The notes under the pieces were generated by a model. That model ran no database searches, was not told the DNA's origin, and saw only the letters and a list, made by a program, of their open reading frames with translations. From an uncultured Thermomicrobiales bacterium (lineage in GTDB: Bacteria; Chloroflexota; Chloroflexia; Thermomicrobiales; CFX8), in NCBI GenBank assembly GCA_964462545.1, contig CAYWXR010000010.1, positions 49,801 through 113,800 of the forward strand: DNA of 64,000 bases, given 5' to 3'. Below, piece after piece: positions 18,832-26,876 of the stretch. Both the position numbers and the translations under genes were made by a program. The number at the start of each line of letters is the position of its first letter. Within the stretch, counting starts at the first letter, position 1.

Positions 18832-21210
18832 ATGACTGCAACTGCAAACCGGTCTGGCCTGGTTGGCCAGCGACTCAAGAGAAGCGAAGACCCTCGTCTG
18901 ATCACTGGCAAGGGTCAGTTCATGGACGATCTGAAACTCCCGTTCATGAGCCACCTCGCCATTCTTCGCAGTCCGCACGCGCACGCCAGGATCGTGAGCA
19001 TCGATACGTCGGCAGCAGAATCAATGCCCGGCGTTATTGCTGTGTTTACCGGCAAGGACTTCGCCGATGTAAACGCGCTGCCCTGCGCGTTCCCGCTTGG
19101 ACACGGGTTCAACACCAACATTGTCACCCCTCGTGTACTCGCACTCGATGAAGTCCACTGGACAGGAGATGGTGTCGCGGCAGTCGTCGCTGAAACCGTT
19201 TCCCAGGCGCGCGACGCTGCCGATGCGATTGTTGTCGAATACGAGGTGTTGCCGGCCATCGTTGATGCCGAGGAAGCTACCCGTGCCGATGCACCGCAAC
19301 TGCACGATGCCGCGCCGAACAACACCGCGTTCGAGTGGCACACCGGCAACAAGGAGGGCACCGAGGCTGCGCTCTCCGAAGCCGAAGTCACCATTCACCA
19401 GCGCATCCGGAACCAGCGGCTCATTCCGACCGCCATGGAAACGCGCGGTGCAACCTGCAATTACGACGCCGGTACCGATGAATACACGTTCTGGCTCTCA
19501 TCCCAGGCACCACACGTGCATCGCCTGGTGATGGCAGCCTTCGTGCTCGGTCACCCGGAAGAGAAGATTCGCATCATCTCTCCGGACCTCGGTGGCGGGT
19601 TTGGCGCGAAGATCTTCATGTATCCGGAATACCCGCTGGTTGGCCTGATCAGCAAGGCTATCGGCCGCCCGGTCAAGTGGACGGAGACCCGTTCGGAAGC
19701 ATCGGTTGCCACCACCCACGGCCGCGACCACGTCACCGATATCACGGTGGCAGCGAAGCGCAACGGTGAAATCACCGGACTGCAAGTCAAGACCTGGGCC
19801 AATATGGGTGGCTATCTCTCGACCATCGCACCGGGTGTCCCGACGACACTGTATGGCCGCATGCTGGCCGGTGTCTACAAGATTCCGAATATCTACTGCG
19901 AAGTCGTTGGCACCTACACCAACACCGCAATGGTTGATGCCTACCGTGGCGCTGGCCGGCCGGAAGCAACCTTTGTGATCGAGCGCGTGCTCGATCTGGT
20001 TGCCCAGGAACTGAACATGGACCCGGCCGAAGTGCGCAAGGTGAACTTCATCCCGCCCGACGCGTTCCCGTACGATACCGGCCTCGGCATGCTGCCCTAT
20101 GACTCCGGCAATTACGTACCTGCCCTGGAGAAAGCGCTCGCCAATCTTGGCTACAGCGATCTCCGCAAGCAGCAGGAAGAGCTTCGCCAGCAGGGCAAGT
20201 ATCTCGGTATCGGGTTCTCGTCCTACGTCGAGGTTTGTGGCCTGGCACCATCCGCCTGGATGAACGCCGAAGGTTGGGCGGCCGGTCTCTGGGAAAGCGC
20301 CAACGTCAAGGTGCACCTGACCGGCAAGGTGGTTGTCACCACCGGCTCAATGCCGCACGGTCAGGGTCATGAGACAACCTTCGCCCAGATCGTCGCCGAT
20401 CAACTCGGTGTCCCGTTTGAGGACATCGTGGTGGAATGGGGTGATACCAAGAGCACACCGTTCGGCTACGGAACCTATGGCAGCCGTTCGCTGACCGTTG
20501 GCGGCACTGCCCTCTTCAACGCCACCGAGAAGATTCGCGACAAGATCCGCAAGATCGCGGCGCATCAACTCGAGGTGAACGAAGAAGACATCGAACTCAA
20601 GGACGGCAACGCATATGTTGCCGGATCGCCGGACCGCTCGCTTTCGTTTGGAGCGATCGCGGCCTCGGCCGCAACCGGTCTTGGCATTCCGCCAGGCATG
20701 GAACCGTATCTGGACGAAACGACCTACTACGATCCGCCGAACTGCACCTTCCCGTTCGGGACCCATATCGCGGTCGTCGAAGTTGATGCAGAAACCGGCG
20801 AGGTGGAGTTGAAGCGCTATGTTGCCGTTGATGACGTTGGCAATATTATCAACCCGCTGATCGTCGATGGTCAGGTCCAGGGCGGTATCGTCCAGGGTAT
20901 TGGCCAGGCGCTTTTCGAAGGCGCTGTATATGACAGTGATGGCCAGTTGGTGACCGGTACGCTGATGGACTATGCCATCCCGAGGGCAAGTAACCTGGTC
21001 AACATCGAACTGGATCGCACCACCACTGTTTCCCCGGTGAATCCGCTGGGCGTCAAGGGCGCCGGAGAAGCCGGCACCATCGCATCCACCCCGGCTATTG
21101 TCAACGCTGTGGTTGATGCACTTTCACCACTTGGAATCCGGAATATTGATATGCCGCTCTCTGCGCCGCGAGTGTGGGCAGCCATGCAGCAGGCACAAGG
21201 GAAGGAATAG
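18832..21210 (+). CDS. Mo-hydroxylase large subunit (CoxL form II / xanthine dehydrogenase family molybdopterin-binding subunit)
   Basis: 792 aa aldehyde oxidase/xanthine dehydrogenase a/b hammerhead + MoCo domains; active-site loop reads AYRGAGR, not the form I VAYRCSFR. Confidence 0.9.
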   Translation: MTATANRSGLVGQRLKRSEDPRLITGKGQFMDDLKLPFMSHLAILRSPHAHARIVSIDTSAAESMPGVIAVFTGKDFADVNALPCAFPLGHGFNTNIVTPRVLALDEVHWTGDGVAAVVAETVSQARDAADAIVVEYEVLPAIVDAEEATRADAPQLHDAAPNNTAFEWHTGNKEGTEAALSEAEVTIHQRIRNQRLIPTAMETRGATCNYDAGTDEYTFWLSSQAPHVHRLVMAAFVLGHPEEKIRIISPDLGGGFGAKIFMYPEYPLVGLISKAIGRPVKWTETRSEASVATTHGRDHVTDITVAAKRNGEITGLQVKTWANMGGYLSTIAPGVPTTLYGRMLAGVYKIPNIYCEVVGTYTNTAMVDAYRGAGRPEATFVIERVLDLVAQELNMDPAEVRKVNFIPPDAFPYDTGLGMLPYDSGNYVPALEKALANLGYSDLRKQQEELRQQGKYLGIGFSSYVEVCGLAPSAWMNAEGWAAGLWESANVKVHLTGKVVVTTGSMPHGQGHETTFAQIVADQLGVPFEDIVVEWGDTKSTPFGYGTYGSRSLTVGGTALFNATEKIRDKIRKIAAHQLEVNEEDIELKDGNAYVAGSPDRSLSFGAIAASAATGLGIPPGMEPYLDETTYYDPPNCTFPFGTHIAVVEVDAETGEVELKRYVAVDDVGNIINPLIVDGQVQGGIVQGIGQALFEGAVYDSDGQLVTGTLMDYAIPRASNLVNIELDRTTTVSPVNPLGVKGAGEAGTIASTPAIVNAVVDALSPLGIRNIDMPLSAPRVWAAMQQAQGKE

Positions 21211-21212
21211 GG

Positions 21213-22073
21213 ATGTATCCATCAGCATTCGATTACCACCGGCCAGGATCGGTTGAAGAAGCGGTTTCGCTGCTCCAGCAAAATCCTGACGCCAAGATCA
21301 TCGCCGGGGGACACTCCCTGCTGCCGGCCATGAAGCTCCGGCTGGCCGAGCCTGCAGCTCTGGTTGACCTCGCAGGCATCGCCGGTCTCAACTCAATCTC
21401 TGCCGGCGATGGTGGCACCACCCTCGGGGCAATGACCACCTACGATGCCATCCTTAAGGATGCCGGCATCAAGGCAAACTACCCGGCGCTCTACGAGGCG
21501 GTTGAAACGGTTGGCGACATCCAGGTTCGCAACCGGGGCACCATCGGTGGCTCGGCAGCCCACGCTGACCCGGCAGCGGATTCGACCGCTGCGCTGGTTG
21601 CGCTGGGAGCAGAATTCGTCGCAGTCGGTCCGAACGGCGAGCGCACCATCAGCGCCGACGAGTTCTTTGTCGACATCTTCACCACGGCCCTCGAGCCGGA
21701 TGAAGTGTTGACCGCCATCAAACTGCCGGCCCCGGCCAGCGGATCGGTTGGCGCCTATGAGAAGTTCGCCCACCCCGCATCCGGCTACCCGGTCTGCGGC
21801 ATCGCTGTCACCCTCACCCGGGACGCATCGGGCAATGTCTCTGACGCCAGGGTCGTCGCGACCGGATCAGTCTATGTCGTTACCCGTCTGACCGGTGTCG
21901 AGAACGCGCTGAATGGCACCAGCGGTGATGCCGCTGCCGTCGAAGCTGCCGCTGCCAACGCCAGCGAGGGCGTCGACGAGTTCGCAGGCGATCATTACGC
22001 CTCGAGTGAATATCGCGAGCATCTCACCAAGGTCCTCGTCAAGCGGGCACTCAACCGCGCGCTGGGGAACTAG
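21213..22073 (+). CDS. Mo-hydroxylase medium subunit, FAD-binding (CoxM-like)
   Basis: MYPSAFDYHRPGSVEEAVSLL...IIAGGHSLLP FAD-binding PCMH-type pattern; ATG 21213. Confidence 0.85.
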   Translation: MYPSAFDYHRPGSVEEAVSLLQQNPDAKIIAGGHSLLPAMKLRLAEPAALVDLAGIAGLNSISAGDGGTTLGAMTTYDAILKDAGIKANYPALYEAVETVGDIQVRNRGTIGGSAAHADPAADSTAALVALGAEFVAVGPNGERTISADEFFVDIFTTALEPDEVLTAIKLPAPASGSVGAYEKFAHPASGYPVCGIAVTLTRDASGNVSDARVVATGSVYVVTRLTGVENALNGTSGDAAAVEAAAANASEGVDEFAGDHYASSEYREHLTKVLVKRALNRALGN

Positions 22074-22089
22074 CCCCGTCATCTGAAAC

Positions 22090-22123
22090 GCCGCCTCCCG
22101 GTACCGGGAGGCGGCTTTTTCGT
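22090..22123 (+). terminator. Intrinsic terminator after coxM-like gene
   Basis: GCCGCCTCCCGG-TA-CCGGGAGGCGGC followed by TTTTTCGTTT. Confidence 0.75.
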
Positions 22124-22395
22124 TTCCGTCAGTCAGGGTTACCAGATCATGGCCTGGCGCTCGTTGCCCGATAGTTATGACAACCCGGAGCTGGGCAATT
22201 CCGGATCTGGACGAAGCATTCTGTCAAACTGCGACTTTTCCTTATGAAAACCGGGAAAGCGTAGTCCCTTCTTCTGTATATTCACGCAATCTCATATCGT
22301 GATGCTAGAATAGGCCTATTGTTCAAAGGTATGCGGTTGCCCGGCATCGACTCTCTGCCGGCAGGGCAGCCGGGTAAAGGTGAGGACGTAGTTTT

Positions 22396-23307
22396 TTGGC
22401 AACCGTGCAAGAACCAGTATCATTGGACACCATCGACGGCGTCCTGGAAGCTCTCGCCTCACAGCGATACGTCGCTGAAGCGAGCCTGGCAACAACCATC
22501 TTCCTGGGGATGAAGCTCCCGAAGCCGATCCTCCTCGAAGGTGAAGCCGGCGTCGGCAAGACCGAAATCGCCAAGGTACTCGCAGCAATTCTGGACACCG
22601 ACCTGATCCGTCTCCAGTGCTACGAAGGCCTCGACGTTTCCCACGCCGTTTATGAGTGGAACTACCCGCGCCAGATGCTCGCGATTCGTGCTGCTGAGGC
22701 CAGCCACGAAAGCCGCGAAGCAGCCATGGCCGAAATCTTCAGTGAGGACTACCTGATCAAGCGCCCGCTGCTCCAGGCTATCGAGCACAAGGGCAAGGCT
22801 CCGGTTCTGCTGATCGACGAAATTGACCGCGCGGACGAGGAATTCGAAGCGTTCCTGCTGGAACTGCTGTCCGACTTCCAGGTAACCGTTCCGGAAATCG
22901 GCACGCTCGTTGCCGAGCATCCGCCGATCGTGATCATCACGTCCAACCGGACCCGTGAGTTGCACGACGCTCTGAAGCGCCGCTGCCTCTACCACTGGAT
23001 CGACTACCCGTCGATCGACAAGGAATATCGCATTGTCCAGGCCAAGGTGCCGGGCATCAACGATCGCCTCGCGCTGCAGATCGCTACCTTCATCCGCGAA
23101 CTGCGCCAGGTGGATTTGTACAAGGTTCCAGGTGTCGCGGAAACGCTCGACTGGGGCGCGGCACTCATGGCACTGAATCAGACCGAGCTGACCTCCGAAG
23201 TGGCATCGGCCACCGTCGGCGCGATCCTGAAGCATCAGGAAGATATTCAGGCCATGCGCAAGGGCAAACTGGACGAGCTAGTTGGTGTAGCGCGCAACAG
23301 TGGCTGA
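22396..23307 (+). CDS. MoxR-like AAA+ ATPase (CoxD-type)
   Basis: Walker A GEAGVGKT, Walker B LLIDEIDRA; TTG start; follows the structural genes as in cox clusters. Confidence 0.85.
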   Translation: MATVQEPVSLDTIDGVLEALASQRYVAEASLATTIFLGMKLPKPILLEGEAGVGKTEIAKVLAAILDTDLIRLQCYEGLDVSHAVYEWNYPRQMLAIRAAEASHESREAAMAEIFSEDYLIKRPLLQAIEHKGKAPVLLIDEIDRADEEFEAFLLELLSDFQVTVPEIGTLVAEHPPIVIITSNRTRELHDALKRRCLYHWIDYPSIDKEYRIVQAKVPGINDRLALQIATFIRELRQVDLYKVPGVAETLDWGAALMALNQTELTSEVASATVGAILKHQEDIQAMRKGKLDELVGVARNSG

Positions 23308-24607
23308 TCAACAACGACGAAGAGTCCGCCGACTTTCGACCGAGCCGGGGCAGCGCTTTCTTGAGCGCTCCCTCCGCTTCGGCCGGGTGCTGCGTGCCAA
23401 CGGCGTGATGGTCACCCCGGCCCAGCTCATGACCTTCGTCGACGCAACCGAATTCATCGGTATCGAGAATCGTCGACGATTCAAGTTGGCCGCCGAAACC
23501 TGCCTTGTCACCCGCAAGGAAGATCTGCCGATCTTCGATGAGGTGTTTGATCGCTACTGGGTATCCATCCGCGATCAGCAGGCAAACCCGGATCAGATGA
23601 CTGATTTCCAGGAAATCAGCGCTGAAGAAGCCGAGATGATGCAGGATGACTCCGATCAGATGGAGGGCGCCGAAGGCGAGAGCATGACCTCGGAGCAGGT
23701 CGAAGGTCTCGAAGCTGACGACGGTAACTCCGACGATCAGGGCGATGCAGAAGACGACGCCGAGTCAATCATGACCTACAGCGCGTCGGAAGCACTGCGC
23801 GAGAAAGACTTCTCGGAATACACCCAGGAAGAACTCGAGCAGGCCCGTTGGTTGATGCGTCACCTCAAGTGGGAGATCGGCAAGCGCAAGTCCCGCCGCA
23901 AGATCGCCACCCGCAAGGGTCGCTTCATCGATGCGCGACGGACCATGCGCCGCTCACTCCAGACTGCCGGAGTGCCGCTGAAGATCTCCCAGAAGAAGAT
24001 CAAGTACAAGCCACGTGCCCTGATCGTCATTTGTGACATCTCTGGCTCGATGGACCGGTACTCGCGGCTTCTGCTGCAGTTTATCCACACGATCGAAAAC
24101 GACATGGCCAAGGTCGAGTCGTTTGTCTTCGGTACCCGGCTAACCCGTGTTACCCGATTGCTGAAGAACCGCCCGATCGACGAAGCCATCACCCGAGTGT
24201 CGAGCGAGGTCCAGGACTGGGCCGGCGGCACCCGGATTGGCGAATCTATTCAGACCTTCAATCAGGAATGGGCACGCCGTGTGCTGCGTAACGGCGCGGT
24301 GGTGCTGATCATTTCTGACGGTTGGGACCGCGGAGACCCCGATCTGCTGGCAGGCGAGATGTCCCGGTTGCAGCGCTCCTGCTACCGGTTGATCTGGCTG
24401 AACCCGCTGCTTGGCTCCCCGCGCTACCAGCCGCTTACCCGTGGCATGCAGGCTGCCATGCCATTCATCGACGATTTCCTGCCGGTGCACAATCTGGAGA
24501 GCCTCGAACTGCTCGCCCAGCACCTGTCTGAGATCGGCGAAACACGGCCGGTTCGCCGGCAACAGCCGCTCGAATTCGAACGACGCCCTGCGCAGGCGGC
24601 TGACTAG
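23300..24607 (+). CDS. VWA domain protein (CoxE-type)
   Basis: 435 aa; C-terminal VWA/MIDAS DISGSM; acidic linker; 8-nt overlap with the MoxR gene. Confidence 0.8.
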   Translation: MADQQRRRVRRLSTEPGQRFLERSLRFGRVLRANGVMVTPAQLMTFVDATEFIGIENRRRFKLAAETCLVTRKEDLPIFDEVFDRYWVSIRDQQANPDQMTDFQEISAEEAEMMQDDSDQMEGAEGESMTSEQVEGLEADDGNSDDQGDAEDDAESIMTYSASEALREKDFSEYTQEELEQARWLMRHLKWEIGKRKSRRKIATRKGRFIDARRTMRRSLQTAGVPLKISQKKIKYKPRALIVICDISGSMDRYSRLLLQFIHTIENDMAKVESFVFGTRLTRVTRLLKNRPIDEAITRVSSEVQDWAGGTRIGESIQTFNQEWARRVLRNGAVVLIISDGWDRGDPDLLAGEMSRLQRSCYRLIWLNPLLGSPRYQPLTRGMQAAMPFIDDFLPVHNLESLELLAQHLSEIGETRPVRRQQPLEFERRPAQAAD

Positions 24608-24628
24608 TCTCCAGGAAAGGACTCCATC

Positions 24629-24955
24629 ATGCGCGACGTACTGGAACAGATCGACACATGGCTGGATGATGGCGAGGAAATCGCCGTCGCTACCGTCATC
24701 TCGACGGCCGGCTCAACCCCACGCCCGGTTGGCGCGCGGCTCATCGTGACCCGCTCCGGCAAGATGCACGGCTCCGTCAGTGGCGGCTGTGTTGAAGGAG
24801 CGGTCATCGAAACAGCGATGGATGTTCTCAACAGCGGCAAACCCCAGCTCGTCTCGTTCGGAATTTCCGACGAGATGGGCTGGGAAGTCGGGCTTTCCTG
24901 TGGCGGCGAGATCGAGGTCTTCGTCGAGCCGCTCCAGGTACCAGCGGTTGGTTGA
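24629..24955 (+). CDS. XdhC/CoxI-family N-terminal domain protein (stand-alone)
   Basis: 108 aa; VATVISTAGSTPRPVGARL...GSVSGGCVE motif of XdhC_CoxI domain. Confidence 0.7.
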   Translation: MRDVLEQIDTWLDDGEEIAVATVISTAGSTPRPVGARLIVTRSGKMHGSVSGGCVEGAVIETAMDVLNSGKPQLVSFGISDEMGWEVGLSCGGEIEVFVEPLQVPAVG

Positions 24956-24957
24956 CG

Positions 24958-25710
24958 ATGGACGCCGAAACGTTTGGGATTATCCGCCAGGCCATCAACG
25001 ATGAACGCCCGGTTGCCTTCGCAACAGTTATTGTCGGGGATCTGATCGGCAACTACCTTGCCCTGGTCCATCCCGACGCTGTTGCAGGCACCCTGGGCAG
25101 CCCGGCAATGGACGAGATTGCGCTGACCGAGCTACGCCAGGCGCTGGTCGACGGCACAACCCGGACCATCGAAATCGAGGGGCAGCGGGTCTACATCGAG
25201 GCCCAACTTCCGCCCCCGCATCTGGTGATCGTCGGGGCAGTTCACACCGCCATTCCGCTGATTCAGTACGCCCAGGTCCTCGGCTTCCGGACCACCGTAA
25301 TCGATGCACGGAGCACCTTCGTCACCGAAGAACGGTTCCCGATGGTCGACCGCATGATCGAGGCGTGGCCCGATGAAGGACTTGCCCAGGTCAACCTGCA
25401 TCCCGGCGTTGCTGCGGTCATCCTGGCGCACGACCCCAAGTTTGAAGACCCGGCCATGGAAGCATTGCTCAAGAGTGATGTCGGCTATATCGGCGCCATC
25501 GGTAGCCGGAAGACCAGCGCCGAGCGTCTGGACCGCCTCCGGGAGATGGGCTTCACCGATGCCGACCTGGACCGCATCCATGGCCCGGTGGGACTGAACC
25601 TGGGTGGCAAGACGCCTGAAGAGATCGCTCTGAGCATCATGGCCGAGATCGTCGCTGTCCGGAACGGCAAGGGTCCGAAACAGGCAGCAGCGCAGGCAAA
25701 GACCGCTTGA
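24958..25710 (+). CDS. XdhC-family protein (degenerate N-domain + Rossmann-like C-domain)
   Basis: HLVIVGAVHTAIPLIQYAQVLGFRTTVIDAR Rossmann-like XdhC C-domain; own N-domain lacks the GGC motif; overlaps upstream stop. Confidence 0.75.
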   Translation: MDAETFGIIRQAINDERPVAFATVIVGDLIGNYLALVHPDAVAGTLGSPAMDEIALTELRQALVDGTTRTIEIEGQRVYIEAQLPPPHLVIVGAVHTAIPLIQYAQVLGFRTTVIDARSTFVTEERFPMVDRMIEAWPDEGLAQVNLHPGVAAVILAHDPKFEDPAMEALLKSDVGYIGAIGSRKTSAERLDRLREMGFTDADLDRIHGPVGLNLGGKTPEEIALSIMAEIVAVRNGKGPKQAAAQAKTA

Positions 25711-26807
25711 GTGGCCCGGCCGTAGGCGTAATCGTCCTGGCCGCCGGCAGTTCCAGCCGGCTCGGCCAACCCAAACAACTCCTGCCAGTTGATGGACAGC
25801 CACTGCTCTCCCGTACCCTGGATGTTGTGCGTGCTACCACCCTGGAGCCGCGCATCGTCGTCCTCGGCGGTTATAGCAACGAGATACGCTCACAGGTCAA
25901 TTTCACCGGCTTCGAGATTGTCGAAAATCCGGACTACCTGAGCGGGCAGTCGACCTCACTCCAGGCAGGACTCCGCGCATTGCCGGACGACACCGATGGT
26001 GTCATTGTCCTGCTCGGCGATCAACCGCAGATTCCGGCATGGCTGCTGACCATTATGGCCGAAGCGTTCTCAACGCCTGGCATCGCCGCGGTGCGCCCTC
26101 GCTACGCAGACGGTCCCGGCAACCCTGTTCTTCTTTCGAAGTCACTGTTTCCTGATTTACTGGCGTTGGAAGGCGATGTCGGCGCACGCGATGTGCTGCA
26201 ACGCCACCGGGACGCCATCCTCGAAATCGACTACCGAAACCGCCCCGCGCCGGGGGATGTTGACACAATGGAAGACTACCGCGCACTGCTACGCGACTGG
26301 GCCTCGACCGGATCCCCGTATACCCCGCGCTTCTGCCAACAGTGCGGTGCAGAGGTCGCCTTCCGGCAACTCTACGGCCGTCTGCGACCCGTTTGCCCGG
26401 AGTGCAACTTCACCTACCTCTACGACCCCAAAGTCGTCGTAGCAACCATTGTGGAAAGCCACGGCAGGATTGTCATGCACCGGCGGACGGTAAACCCTGG
26501 TGCCGGCAAATGGACATTCCCGTCCGGATTTGTCGACCGCGGCGAGCAGGTTGAGGAAGCCGCCCGCCGGGAAGTGCTGGAAGAAGTCGGTCTGCAGATC
26601 CATGACCTGAAACTGGTCAGTGCCTGGTCGGTCGACGGCAGCTCGGCTATTCTGCTGGTCTTCCAGGCAACCGCCGAGGGGCAAGAACCCGCCATTGGCG
26701 ATGAATCCAGCGACGCTCGCTGGTTCGATCCTCAAGATCTGCCAGAATTGGCTTTTCCACGTGACGCCGAGATCGTCGCAGGTTGGCTGGCATCCCGCGA
26801 GCATTGA
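25707..26807 (+). CDS. Fusion: MobA-like molybdenum cofactor cytidylyltransferase (MocA-type) + zinc ribbon + Nudix hydrolase
   Basis: N-term VIVLAAGSSSRLGQPKQLLPV; CQQCG-x17-CPEC zinc ribbon; Nudix box GFVDRGEQVEEAARREVLEEVGL; TTG start overlaps xdhC stop (TTGA). Confidence 0.8.
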   Translation: MSGPAVGVIVLAAGSSSRLGQPKQLLPVDGQPLLSRTLDVVRATTLEPRIVVLGGYSNEIRSQVNFTGFEIVENPDYLSGQSTSLQAGLRALPDDTDGVIVLLGDQPQIPAWLLTIMAEAFSTPGIAAVRPRYADGPGNPVLLSKSLFPDLLALEGDVGARDVLQRHRDAILEIDYRNRPAPGDVDTMEDYRALLRDWASTGSPYTPRFCQQCGAEVAFRQLYGRLRPVCPECNFTYLYDPKVVVATIVESHGRIVMHRRTVNPGAGKWTFPSGFVDRGEQVEEAARREVLEEVGLQIHDLKLVSAWSVDGSSAILLVFQATAEGQEPAIGDESSDARWFDPQDLPELAFPRDAEIVAGWLASREH

Positions 26808-26876
26808 CCTGCCATCCCTGAGCGGCGAAACTGATAGTGAATCCGAACAACCCGTCCAGGAAAGGGTGATGACTCT

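Noticed and set aside
18283-22073. Calling the S-L-M genes aerobic carbon monoxide dehydrogenase (coxSLM)
   Set aside because: The large subunit has AYRGAGR instead of the form I VAYRCSFR Cu-binding loop, and the gene order is not M-S-L. Only family membership is supported.
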